DNA from: Schleiferiaceae bacterium
GTDB lineage: Bacteria; Bacteroidota; Bacteroidia; Flavobacteriales; Schleiferiaceae
Direction: 5' to 3'
Length of the DNA stretch: 63,854 nucleotides
Assembly: GCA_049631665.1 (NCBI GenBank)
Contig: JBNAAX010000001.1
Location: 1-63,854 of the forward strand
Position numbers and translations under genes: made by a program. Shown piece after piece: positions 30,429-39,771 of the stretch. Positions within the stretch are counted from its first letter, which is position 1. Each line of letters starts with the position of its first letter. A model generated the notes under the pieces. The model was given only the letters and a program-made list of their open reading frames with translations. It searched no databases and had not been told where the DNA came from.

Positions 30429-31175
30429 TTGAACCGTCTGTACGCACATAGCGCAAGTCAATTATTGCTGTTTTTAGCAGGTGCCTTTTTGGTGGCCAAT
30501 TGTGGTCGCCCCATTTCCCCGGAACACCCGCTCAAAAGAGAAAAGATCAACGACGGTATCTCGCGCAAAATCATTGTAGAAGACAAGTTTGAATGGGCGC
30601 AAATGTTTACACGCATTGAGGCCAACACCCCTGACGGCGAGCAAAGCTTCCGAGTTCAGGTTCGTTCGAAACAAGATAGCATCTTGTGGGCTGCCATTAG
30701 TGACGATATGATTGGACTACGTGTAGGGAAAGCCATTGTCATTGAGGACAGTGCTGCCTTCACTTCCACCCTATTGGGATTAGACTGGACGGGGTCCGCA
30801 CACGATTTGGCGGGCATGACCGGCGTCGAAGTCCCCTTTCAATACCTCAATCGCTTGCTGCGCGGTCAGCTTATTAGCGCCGAGACGGCAATGCGTTATA
30901 GGTTCGATGCAAAGCGTGACTTGTGGGTGACCAAATATGCCATCTCTGGAAACAGGAAGGTAGAAGTCGACCTCGACCGGGATCTGCGTGTGAAACATAT
31001 GACCATCACCGATCCAACTGAAATTGTAGATATTGAGTACTCCAATACAGACGAGCGCACGGGCTACCCTAAAATGCTTGAATTGACCCTGAAATCGCGT
31101 CCCTTGTACACGGTGAAAATTGAGGTCAGCGAAATCCGCACAGATGGGCCGTACAACACCCCATTTAGTTTCTAA
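30429..31175 (+). CDS. Lipoprotein, DUF4292-like (LolB-fold-like family conserved next to TPR/EnvC genes in Bacteroidota)
   Basis: 248 aa. TTG start and lipobox LVANC. The call rests on position between the TPR and M23 genes, as in other Flavobacteriia, plus general similarity from memory. Confidence 0.55.
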   Translation: MNRLYAHSASQLLLFLAGAFLVANCGRPISPEHPLKREKINDGISRKIIVEDKFEWAQMFTRIEANTPDGEQSFRVQVRSKQDSILWAAISDDMIGLRVGKAIVIEDSAAFTSTLLGLDWTGSAHDLAGMTGVEVPFQYLNRLLRGQLISAETAMRYRFDAKRDLWVTKYAISGNRKVEVDLDRDLRVKHMTITDPTEIVDIEYSNTDERTGYPKMLELTLKSRPLYTVKIEVSEIRTDGPYNTPFSF

Positions 31176-32500
31176 TGAAGGCGCCACGAGTACTCATAGC
31201 GCTACTTCTCTTTGCGTCGGTTTCTTATGGCCAAACCAAAGAAGAGCTCCAGAAGCAAAAGGTGCTGCTGCAGGATCAGATAGATCTGGCCAGCACGCTA
31301 TTAAAACAAACGCAAAGCACCAGAGCGACCAGCTTGAATCAATTGCAGACCCTCAACCAAAAGATTGAAGCTCGCGAGCGACTGATCACCACAATGAATC
31401 GCCAGATTCGCAACATTGACCGTGAGGTCAAGGCCAAAGAGCAAGAGATCGTGGAGCTTGAGGTGCGCATAGATTCTTTGAAAGCAGATTATGCCAAACT
31501 TATTGAACTCGCGCAGCGAAACCTACAGCCTGCGGATCAACTCATGTTCATCCTAAGCTCTAGTTCGTTTACTCAAGCATTAAAGCGCATCCAGTACTTC
31601 AAAGATATGACTGGGTACCGCGAAAGACAGGTCAAACAAATTGAAGGGGCACAGGTAGAATTGGCGCAAGAAAAGAAGGCGTTGATTGCAAAGAAAGCAG
31701 AGAAATTAAACGTTCAAAAAGCACAAGAAAACGAGAAAAACGAACTTCTCGTTGATGCGCAAGCTCAAGAGAAAACCGTAGCTACACTTCAAAGCAAAGA
31801 AAGCGAGCTGAAAAAAGATATTCAGAAAAAGCAACGCGAAGCCCAACAGTTGGAGAAGCAAATCAAGCGCATCATTGCCGAAGAAATGCGTAAGGCAAAG
31901 CTGCGTGCTGAACGTATGGCCCTAGAAAAGGAAGCCGAAGATCTTGGCTTGGTGAAGGGGAAAGATTTCAATCCTCGAACTTCGAATAAGGTATTGAAGC
32001 GACTAATAGATAAGGCACGCGCAGACAAGGGCCTTGAAGTACGCGACGACGGACCGTCGTATACTATGACGCCTGAAGCAAGAGCATTGGCCAACAACTT
32101 TGCCTCGAACAAAGGCGCCTTGCCGTGGCCGGTGGAACGCGGCTTGATCACCGGTAAGTTTGGAAAGCATCCGCACCCAGTAGTAAAAGGCGTTGTAGTC
32201 GATAACCCGCATGTAGAAATCAGCACGGAAGTTGGTGCAATAGTTCGCGCAAGCTTTGAAGGCGAAGTGAGCTCTGTGGTCCCTATCCCTGGTGCAAACG
32301 TGATGGTGCTCATTCGACATGGGAACTATTTCACCGTGTACAGCAACCTCATCGGAGTGAAGGTGAAGGCAGGCGATATTATTAGTTTGAAGCAGCCTTT
32401 AGGTACGGCATTTACAGATGAAGAAGGAAAAACTATGGTCCAATTCGGTATTTGGAAAGACGCCGATATCCAAGATCCTGGACCGTGGTTGGCTAAATAA
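31175..32500 (+). CDS. EnvC-like murein hydrolase activator: coiled coil plus a degenerate LytM/M23 domain
   Basis: 441 aa. Signal peptide, a ~250-aa heptad-rich coiled coil, and a C-terminal M23 fold (VLIRHGNYFTVYSNL). The terminal HxH metal motif is replaced (VQFGIW). Confidence 0.8.
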   Translation: MKAPRVLIALLLFASVSYGQTKEELQKQKVLLQDQIDLASTLLKQTQSTRATSLNQLQTLNQKIEARERLITTMNRQIRNIDREVKAKEQEIVELEVRIDSLKADYAKLIELAQRNLQPADQLMFILSSSSFTQALKRIQYFKDMTGYRERQVKQIEGAQVELAQEKKALIAKKAEKLNVQKAQENEKNELLVDAQAQEKTVATLQSKESELKKDIQKKQREAQQLEKQIKRIIAEEMRKAKLRAERMALEKEAEDLGLVKGKDFNPRTSNKVLKRLIDKARADKGLEVRDDGPSYTMTPEARALANNFASNKGALPWPVERGLITGKFGKHPHPVVKGVVVDNPHVEISTEVGAIVRASFEGEVSSVVPIPGANVMVLIRHGNYFTVYSNLIGVKVKAGDIISLKQPLGTAFTDEEGKTMVQFGIWKDADIQDPGPWLAK

Positions 32501-32512
32501 AATTGGACCCAT

Positions 32513-32860
32513 ATGGAACGCATATTTTACCTCAGCACTTGTGATACGTGTAAAAGAATTCTGAGCAGTTGGAACACCGGCGGCATCGAACTTCAAGACA
32601 TTAAAACAGAGCCCATGACCGCCGATCAAGTGGATCATATGATTGGCTTAGCCGGCTCCGCCGAAGCCCTGTTCTCAAAACGTGCACGCAAATACAAAGA
32701 ATTGGGGTTGAAGGATCAAAATTTATCCGATGCTCAAATCCGCCAATTCATCATCGACGAGTACACGTTCCTAAAGCGTCCCGTCCTCGTTCTTGACGAT
32801 CAGATTTTCGTGGGCAACAGTAAAAAGGTCGTAGAAGCGGCGACAGAAGCACTTCGATGA
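32513..32860 (+). CDS. ArsC/Spx/YffB family redox protein
   Basis: 115 aa. N-terminus IFYLSTCDTCKR, and the central/C-terminal family pattern FLKRPVLV. Confidence 0.8.
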   Translation: MERIFYLSTCDTCKRILSSWNTGGIELQDIKTEPMTADQVDHMIGLAGSAEALFSKRARKYKELGLKDQNLSDAQIRQFIIDEYTFLKRPVLVLDDQIFVGNSKKVVEAATEALR

Positions 32861-33786
32861 ACGCTCATAGCCGTAAATCTGTACCCCTCGCCCACGGTGC
32901 ATTGTTGGGCGTCGCCTTGATTTATGGCTCCTCCTTTCTCATTGCCAAAGCAGCGATGCAGGGCGCCGTTCCACCGCGTGCGTTTATCCAATTCCGCGTT
33001 ACTGGAGCTGCTCTACTTTTTTGGTTACTAACTCCACTTTCCGGCGGCCACAGCTTCTTTAAGATTCCCGTTAATGACCGACTACGCTTAGCCATCTGTG
33101 CTGTTTTCGGGGTGACCACCAACATGCTCTTCTTCTTTGAAGGACTGAAAATCACCACTCCCGTGAACGCCTCCATCATGATGGTCAGCGGGCCAATTAT
33201 GGTCCTGGTTGCAGGCGCCGTTTTAGTCAAAGAACGCATTACCCCACCTAAAATCGCGGGAATATTTCTAGGGGCCTTAGGTGCTTTCTGGCTCATCTAT
33301 TCCGGTGCCAATTTCCAACTAAACGGACTCTTCTCCTCTGAGGTTGCCAAGGGCAATCTCTTCGTACTCGTCAACGCGAGTAGCTATGCCATTTATTTGG
33401 TTTTAGTAAAGCCACTCATGGCGAAATACAACGCATTGTTCATCATCCGCTGGGTCTTCACCTTCGGCGTATTCTTCGTTCTTCCTTTTGGCGGGCCCCA
33501 ATTCCAGGACATCCAATGGTCGCTGTGGGACGCCAACATCATCGGTGCGGTCATCTTTGTGGTCGTAGGCACGACCTTTTTGACCTATTTGGGAAATATC
33601 ATTGCGCTCAAGACCTTGCACCCAGCAACGGTGGGTGCCTACATTTATTTGCAACCGCTTTTGGCGAGCCTATTAAGCCTAGTATATGGTGGCGAGCAGT
33701 GGAGCATCCACATGCTCTTTGGCGGTTTGGCCATCTTCGCCGGCGTGTATTTTGTAAGTTTTTACGGGCGCAAATTCAAATCGTAA
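32857..33786 (+). CDS. EamA/DMT superfamily transporter
   Basis: 309 aa with 10 predicted TM helices arranged as two EamA repeats. Confidence 0.85.
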   Translation: MNAHSRKSVPLAHGALLGVALIYGSSFLIAKAAMQGAVPPRAFIQFRVTGAALLFWLLTPLSGGHSFFKIPVNDRLRLAICAVFGVTTNMLFFFEGLKITTPVNASIMMVSGPIMVLVAGAVLVKERITPPKIAGIFLGALGAFWLIYSGANFQLNGLFSSEVAKGNLFVLVNASSYAIYLVLVKPLMAKYNALFIIRWVFTFGVFFVLPFGGPQFQDIQWSLWDANIIGAVIFVVVGTTFLTYLGNIIALKTLHPATVGAYIYLQPLLASLLSLVYGGEQWSIHMLFGGLAIFAGVYFVSFYGRKFKS

Positions 33787-35033
33787 CCGGAAGCAAAGGC
33801 ATCCGCCACACCTACTTTCCCGAGGAAATTCCCGGCTAAACGCATGCCCTCAGGCAAAAGTTCTTGAAGCTCATTTTTCCACTGTTCGAAGCCCACATGT
33901 GGTTGTGGAATAGCCTGCTGCCAAGTAAAGGATTGAAGTAACTCTCGAGGTTGATCACCTAAAATTTCATTCAATTCTCCTGCGATAGATCTTGATCCCT
34001 CAGGCTTGTGAAACACCGTCATATTTCGCGTTCCTTCCGGCGCACGACCTTCAAAAACCGAGCTGGTAAACAGCACTCCTTTAATTCTCATGTTTGAGGA
34101 CGAAGGCACCAAAATCCCGAAACCGTCCGGGGAATTTTCATCGCGCTTTTCTGCAAAATGACTGACGGTGAGTGGCTCGTATTTTAACTGTTGAAGATGC
34201 GACTGAAGCGGTCCTTGGAATAGATTAGCAAGCGCATGTGTTGGCAGAGTGCTGACCAATTGGTCACAGCTGAAATTCCCGTTATTCGTGGTGATCAAAA
34301 ATCCAGTTTCAGTCTTTTCGATGTTTTGTACTCGAGTATTTACTTGAATCTTATCAAAGAACTTCAAAGCGAACGCTCTACAGATAGCAGCAAAACCTCC
34401 TTCCAAACTAATGATCTTTCTTGGCTTCGGTGGATTTTTAAACAACGTACGAAGCATCGAACCGTTTTCTTGCTCTCCTTTTTTGAATTTCTCCAATACC
34501 GTAGCAGCGCTCAAATAGTGGATATTTCCGGCATAGATTCCTCCAAGCACCGGGTCTACTAATTTCTCTGTAGCTTCCTGGCCGATGCGCCTGCTCAAGA
34601 AACTTGCGACACTTTCGTCCTCAGGTTTGCCTTTTTTGCGAAAGGGCTCGGCGGCAAATTTGACCTTGCCTTTGAGACTTAACCATGAAGCGCCAAAGAT
34701 GTCTTTGAGCCCGCCGACCGACACTACTTTACCATCGTGAAAGAGGTAGCGCTTTTTGCTGAGGGCGGTGGCCTTCAACACGCTTTCTTCAAGGCCTAAT
34801 TGGCCCAAAAAATGTTCAAAATCTTCAGATACCGCACAACTGTTAGCACCAATGTCCAGGGTGTGACCGCCCAATTGGACAGAACGCAAGCAGCCACCTA
34901 ACTCAGGCCCAGCCTCCAATAGCAGGAATTTTTGCTCTAGCGTATGCGCCTTAAACGCCGCACCCATTCCTGAGATGCCGCCGCCTAAGATGAGCAGGGG
35001 AACGTGGGTTACGCCTTCCACTCGCTGATCCAT
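33762..35033 (-). CDS. hemY: FAD-dependent protoporphyrinogen oxidase (HemY/PgoX type)
   Basis: FAD motif ILGGGISGMGAAF, about 420 aa, adjacent to hemH. I prefer the ATG at 35033 (MDQRVEG...) to the upstream start at 35054. The 3' end overlaps the convergent EamA gene by 25 nt. Confidence 0.8.
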   Translation of the reverse strand: MDQRVEGVTHVPLLILGGGISGMGAAFKAHTLEQKFLLLEAGPELGGCLRSVQLGGHTLDIGANSCAVSEDFEHFLGQLGLEESVLKATALSKKRYLFHDGKVVSVGGLKDIFGASWLSLKGKVKFAAEPFRKKGKPEDESVASFLSRRIGQEATEKLVDPVLGGIYAGNIHYLSAATVLEKFKKGEQENGSMLRTLFKNPPKPRKIISLEGGFAAICRAFALKFFDKIQVNTRVQNIEKTETGFLITTNNGNFSCDQLVSTLPTHALANLFQGPLQSHLQQLKYEPLTVSHFAEKRDENSPDGFGILVPSSSNMRIKGVLFTSSVFEGRAPEGTRNMTVFHKPEGSRSIAGELNEILGDQPRELLQSFTWQQAIPQPHVGFEQWKNELQELLPEGMRLAGNFLGKVGVADAFASGYDLNLRP

Positions 35034-36025
35034 TTGCCGAGCAGTGCGGACCAATCGTCGCGGTCGTTCAAACAGGCAATAGGTTGGAAATGCTCGCCGC
35101 CGTTGTGCAAGAAGTCTTCCTTGCCCTCCTCATTGATCTCCTCGAGCGTCTCCAAACAGTCGCTGACAAAGGCTGGACAGACTACAGCCAGCTTGGTTTT
35201 GCCTTCACCAGCCAATTCCTCAAAGCGTTGCGCCGTGTAGGGCTGGATCCACGGGTCGCGGCCTAATCGGCTCTGGTACGAAGTTTCATACGTGCCTTCC
35301 TCGAGGCCCAATTCCGCCGCTACCAATTTCGTCGTTACCGCCGTTTGGTGCTTGTAACACACCGTATGCGCCTTGGAAGCCACGTTACAGCAATCGTTGA
35401 CTTTGTAGCAATGCTCCCCGGTGCAATCGCTCTTTTTTACGTGACGCACTGGAATACCGTGGTAGCTGAAGAGCAAATGGTGGTCTTCTGGAAGGGTTTC
35501 TTTGATGCTGTTGCTCAGTACTTTTATGTATTCTGCATCGTCGTACCAAGGTGCTTTGAACGTGAGTTTGAGGTGCGGAAAATCCTTGGCCGCCACCTCC
35601 TTGACGCGGTCCACCACCGTCTCGTAGGAGCTCATGGCGAAGTGCGGGTAGAGCGGCACCACATACAAATCCTCCAAATCTGGGTGCTCCTCGGTCATGA
35701 CTTTCAAGGTGTTGTAAATGCTTGGCTGGGCGTAGCGCATGGCCAAATACGTCGGGACCTGGGTGTGTTGACGCACCTTGGTGATCAGGCGCTCTGAGAG
35801 AACAATAAGCGGGGAACCTTCGTCCCACCAAATGGTCTTGTAGGCCTCGGCGCTCTTTTTGGGACGGGTGTTAAGGATGATGCCTTTGACCAGCAGGGTA
35901 CGTGCCCATTTGGGAAAATCGATCACGTGATCGTCCATTAAAAATTCACCTAAATACTCTTTGACATCCTTGACCGCTGTGCTCTTTGGTGAGCCCAAGT
36001 TGATCAATACGGCTGCTTTTTTCAT
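35009..36025 (-). CDS. hemH: Ferrochelatase
   Basis: 338 aa. N-terminus VLINLGSP.S....DVK.YL.EFL.D..VI, and conserved YQSR.G...W..P. Confidence 0.92.
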   Translation of the reverse strand: MKKAAVLINLGSPKSTAVKDVKEYLGEFLMDDHVIDFPKWARTLLVKGIILNTRPKKSAEAYKTIWWDEGSPLIVLSERLITKVRQHTQVPTYLAMRYAQPSIYNTLKVMTEEHPDLEDLYVVPLYPHFAMSSYETVVDRVKEVAAKDFPHLKLTFKAPWYDDAEYIKVLSNSIKETLPEDHHLLFSYHGIPVRHVKKSDCTGEHCYKVNDCCNVASKAHTVCYKHQTAVTTKLVAAELGLEEGTYETSYQSRLGRDPWIQPYTAQRFEELAGEGKTKLAVVCPAFVSDCLETLEEINEEGKEDFLHNGGEHFQPIACLNDRDDWSALLGKWISEWKA

Positions 36026-36939
36026 AGCTGCTGCAAATACTTTTTCGGAGTGATTTGATACTTCTTCTTAAAGGCGGTTATAAAGTGCGACGGATTGCCG
36101 TACCCCAGTGCATATGCGACTTCACTGACCTGATAATTGCGGGAATCGAGCATGGCTTTCGCTGAATTCATCTTGTAATCGAGGATGAATCCACCGACGG
36201 TATTGCCGTACATTTCTTTGAATCCAGATTTCAATTTGTATTCGCTAATGCCTATTTCCAGGGCCAATTCCGCAATGCTCGGCGGTTGCGTCATTCTTTC
36301 TATCAATAAATTCTTCGCCGATTTTATCTGCGTTCTCGTCTTTTCATCTCTTAGGAAAGGACAGGCTTCCATATCCTCTGACCTGCGGTCAAAATGGAGC
36401 GCCAAAACTTCCAGCAATTTTCCCTTGGCGAAAATCTTTCGAGATGCCGCGCTGAGCTCGCTGGTGAATAAACTCTCCAGTGCCCACTTCACCGAAGCAC
36501 TACATTCGCGCTCGTCATACAAAGGCTTGGCGGCATTCTCCCCATTGAGAAAGGTCAGCACCTCTGCCTCATCCACAAACAACGAATGCAGCTTGTCCAC
36601 CGTGGTATAGGCCGCCACCCACTTCGCATTAAGATCAGGAATGAGATCAAAGACCAATTCCTTCTGCGGGTTGTACATGAAGAAATAGTGACCGGACTGC
36701 AATAGCTTTTGGTAATGCGGGCTGAAATTGAACCCCAATTGCCCTTCTAGGCAGAAATGAAACTGGATGATTCTCGACGGCACCTCACAGTGCACCGCTG
36801 AAATTTCGTTGCTTTCTCTATCCAACCCAGTGTAAAGCGAAAGGCCATTTTCGGCGAATTCGTGCACAAAACTTCGTTCAGCGGTATTTTGTGTAAGATT
36901 AATGTCGTTTACCGTCATTTTCAGCGTAATAATGGTCAA
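36022..36939 (-). CDS. AraC family transcriptional regulator
   Basis: 305 aa. C-terminal double HTH (IAELALEIGISEYKLKSGFKEMYG ... VAYALGYGNPSHFITAFKKKY). Divergent from hemA, and overlaps the hemH start by 4 nt. Confidence 0.85.
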   Translation of the reverse strand: MTIITLKMTVNDINLTQNTAERSFVHEFAENGLSLYTGLDRESNEISAVHCEVPSRIIQFHFCLEGQLGFNFSPHYQKLLQSGHYFFMYNPQKELVFDLIPDLNAKWVAAYTTVDKLHSLFVDEAEVLTFLNGENAAKPLYDERECSASVKWALESLFTSELSAASRKIFAKGKLLEVLALHFDRRSEDMEACPFLRDEKTRTQIKSAKNLLIERMTQPPSIAELALEIGISEYKLKSGFKEMYGNTVGGFILDYKMNSAKAMLDSRNYQVSEVAYALGYGNPSHFITAFKKKYQITPKKYLQQL

Positions 36940-37030
36940 ATATATGGTGCAATTTCACTCCAAAAGGCCCGCCAACCTGCCTCCGAGAGTAATTTAACGT
37001 TTAGCGGTATTTTTTTGTTCGGGCCCATTC

Positions 37031-37038
37031 TAATTTCG
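37031..37038 (+). promoter_or_regulatory. Near-consensus -7 promoter box for the hemA operon
   Basis: taatttcg against TAnnTTTG (1 mismatch), 17 nt upstream of the hemA ATG. Confidence 0.3.
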
Positions 37039-37055
37039 CTGCTTTCAAAGTATAG

Positions 37056-38237
37056 ATGGTGCAATTCACGGGGTATAATTGGTACGCATTCGGCATTACT
37101 CACAAGCATGCCGCTGCCGAGGAGCGCCAAAAATTCGCACTATCAGAGCCGCAGCTCGAGCACTTTTTCCGCGAAACTTTTCCTCAAAATGAATGCGCAG
37201 GATTCATCACCAATACCTGCAACAGAACCTCGTTTTTCTTGTTTGGGAAGCACCCTGAAAACGTTGAAAAGGCATTTCTAAAGGAATCGGGCTACAGTGA
37301 TATTTCAGAAATAGGCGACCGCTACATTGGCAAAAAAGCCATCAATTATCTCTTTGAAGTGATGGCCGGCCTCGACAGCCAAATTCTTGGAGATTTCGAG
37401 ATCGTTGGTCAAATGAAAGCTGCCTTTAATAAGAGCAAAACCTACGGCTCAGGATTGGGCATTATAGAAAAGCTCGTCAATCAAGCCATCCACAGCTCGC
37501 GGAGAATTAAAAACGAAACTGGACTTTCCGGGGGGACCTCTTCCACTAGTTATGCTGCAGTCCAATTCCTAAAATCCTCCCTTCCCAATTTTTCATGCGC
37601 CAAAATTTTGGTACTGGGCATGGGGCAAATAGGCAAGCGAACCTTGGACAACCTCGTCGCTGAAAAAGGCCCTGAAAACATCTTCATCGCCAACCGCAGT
37701 TCTTCCAAATCTGAAAAGCAAGCAGCCCTGCACCATGTACAAGCCCTAAGTTGGGACAGTGCCTTCGCACAACTAAGATCCTTTGACGCCATAGTTAGCG
37801 CAGTTAGCGCACCCGAACCCGTGTTTACCGCTGAAATCCTCGCTAATTCAAACACTAAATACATCGTAGACCTTAGCATCCCCTTTAGTGTAGCAGAGGA
37901 CGTACAGAACGAATTGGACATAGAGGTCGCCTATGTGGACCAATTGAGCAGCGCCATCGCAACGCAGATGGAGCAGCGCAAAAAATGGGTGCCTCGAGCG
38001 CATGAAATCATCAGAGAGGAATTGGACAAATACAAAGAATGGGAGCTCGCCGTGGATGCCGTTCCAACCATCAAAGAACTGCAACGCAGACTGCAGGAAG
38101 AATGGTCCTCTAAGCATACCGATCTCGAAAAAATAGAGCGCCTTAGTGCTAAAATTGAAGCACGAATGTTCGAGCGCATCCGAAAGAATCCAAAAGAATT
38201 GAATACACTTAAAAAGCAGTTGTATGGACGATCGTAA
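37056..38237 (+). CDS. hemA: Glutamyl-tRNA reductase
   Basis: 393 aa. Catalytic-Cys motif TCNRTSFF, GLDSQILGD.EI.GQ, and a central NADPH Rossmann motif (VLGMGQIGK). Confidence 0.9.
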   Translation: MVQFTGYNWYAFGITHKHAAAEERQKFALSEPQLEHFFRETFPQNECAGFITNTCNRTSFFLFGKHPENVEKAFLKESGYSDISEIGDRYIGKKAINYLFEVMAGLDSQILGDFEIVGQMKAAFNKSKTYGSGLGIIEKLVNQAIHSSRRIKNETGLSGGTSSTSYAAVQFLKSSLPNFSCAKILVLGMGQIGKRTLDNLVAEKGPENIFIANRSSSKSEKQAALHHVQALSWDSAFAQLRSFDAIVSAVSAPEPVFTAEILANSNTKYIVDLSIPFSVAEDVQNELDIEVAYVDQLSSAIATQMEQRKKWVPRAHEIIREELDKYKEWELAVDAVPTIKELQRRLQEEWSSKHTDLEKIERLSAKIEARMFERIRKNPKELNTLKKQLYGRS

Positions 38238-39771
38238 ACTACGTATCGCCTCTCGCACCAGCCCTTTGGCGCTGTTCCAAACTGAAGCAGTCATGGACCT
38301 TCTTCACAAGGCACACCTTGGTTTGGACTGCACCCTCGTGCCCATCTCGACCAAGGGCGACAAAGACCAAAGCACCTCGTTGCAGAATTTGGGTCAAACG
38401 GGGATTTTCACCATAGCACTGGACGACGCCATCCTTGAAGACAAGGCTGATATTGGCGTTCACAGCCTCAAAGACTATCCCACCAATGTCCCTAAAGGCT
38501 TGAAACTTCTTGCCGTCCTTCCGCGCGACGGCTACCTCGACGCATTCATCCCTGGCAACAACGGAAAATCTAAACAAGAAGTTCTCACCATACTGAGCGG
38601 CTCCCCACGCCGTCGTGCATTCTGGCTGCATAAATACCCGCACCACAGCTTCAAAGACCTGCGCGGAAACATGCACACACGCGTTGAAAAAATCCTCGCA
38701 TCAGATGGCGGTATTGTAAGTGCACCAGGATTAGCGCGCATCAATCTTCTGCCTGAAAATGCGGAACTTTTGGATTGGATGCTCCCCGCTCCTGCGCAAG
38801 GCGTTATGGCAATCGTTGGACGCGACAACGACCCAAAGCTTGAAGCAATGCTTAGCGCAATCAACGATCAAGAAACCTACATCTGCGCCCGTGTAGAGCG
38901 CGACTTTATGGCCGCTGTTGAAACTGGCTGTGCTTCACCGTTAGGCGCTTTATGCAGGCCTACCAGAGGCGGCTTCAGCTTTGAAGGAGCCCTTTTGAGT
39001 TTAGACGGTCAAAAAAAACTCACTGTCAGTCGAACAGTGACAACTACCGACTGGCAAAAGGCCGGATATACTGCAGCACAAGAGCTACTAAATAACGGTG
39101 GTTCAGTACTCATGGAGGAGATTCGCGCTCAGCAGCCGAAAGATATATTGTGTTTGAAGGAAATCGACCAAAAACAGCGCAGATTAGCCCTTGAAATAGG
39201 CCTCAAATTGCACGATGTAGAGGTGCTCGATCTCGTTCCAATCACATTCGAAATCAAAGCTGCTGATATTGCCATGGCGGCCAGTTCCTTCGGGGCAGAA
39301 CAGCTGGAAGATCATATCAAAGATTTGCCAGAGAGCATATGGATTGTAGGTCAAAAAGCGACCGATGTGCTCAAAAATTCCGGCTATTCGGGACGAATCA
39401 CAACCTACGGCAACAGTGGAGAAATGGTAGAGGCCTATCAAAAAGAGCAACCAGGCACTGCCGTGTACTATGGCGCTGAGCGTACCAGTCAGAATTGGGC
39501 CGAACACGGCATACAGCACATTACTACCTACCGCAACAGCGCTAAACCACCCCGCCTGGCCAGGCAACAGTGGGATGCCATTTTAGCCTTCTCACCCTTG
39601 GGTGTTCAAAGCGCACTTCAGGAGAATGATTTCCCAAAAAACACCCCTGTGATTTGCATTGGCGAACGCACAGCAGAGGCCGTTAAAACCAATGACTTTA
39701 CTAATGTCATTGCTGCTGCTAAACCAGATTTCACCACCCTACTTCAAACCTTGAAAAACGAATTGAAATGA
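38224..39771 (+). CDS. hemCD: Bifunctional hydroxymethylbilane synthase / uroporphyrinogen-III synthase (HemC-HemD fusion)
   Basis: 515 aa. The N-terminal ~300 aa are HemC (LRIASRTSPLALFQTE, the RGN...R motif, and cofactor Cys in ETGCASPLGA). The C-terminal ~210 aa have a HemD-like two-lobe pattern. Confidence 0.85.
   Translation: MDDRKLRIASRTSPLALFQTEAVMDLLHKAHLGLDCTLVPISTKGDKDQSTSLQNLGQTGIFTIALDDAILEDKADIGVHSLKDYPTNVPKGLKLLAVLPRDGYLDAFIPGNNGKSKQEVLTILSGSPRRRAFWLHKYPHHSFKDLRGNMHTRVEKILASDGGIVSAPGLARINLLPENAELLDWMLPAPAQGVMAIVGRDNDPKLEAMLSAINDQETYICARVERDFMAAVETGCASPLGALCRPTRGGFSFEGALLSLDGQKKLTVSRTVTTTDWQKAGYTAAQELLNNGGSVLMEEIRAQQPKDILCLKEIDQKQRRLALEIGLKLHDVEVLDLVPITFEIKAADIAMAASSFGAEQLEDHIKDLPESIWIVGQKATDVLKNSGYSGRITTYGNSGEMVEAYQKEQPGTAVYYGAERTSQNWAEHGIQHITTYRNSAKPPRLARQQWDAILAFSPLGVQSALQENDFPKNTPVICIGERTAEAVKTNDFTNVIAAAKPDFTTLLQTLKNELK

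Noticed and set aside
35345-35831. 150-aa and 148-aa ORFs within hemH
   Set aside because: Ferrochelatase on the minus strand is unambiguous. These are out-of-frame or antisense shadows with R/G/H/P-rich products.
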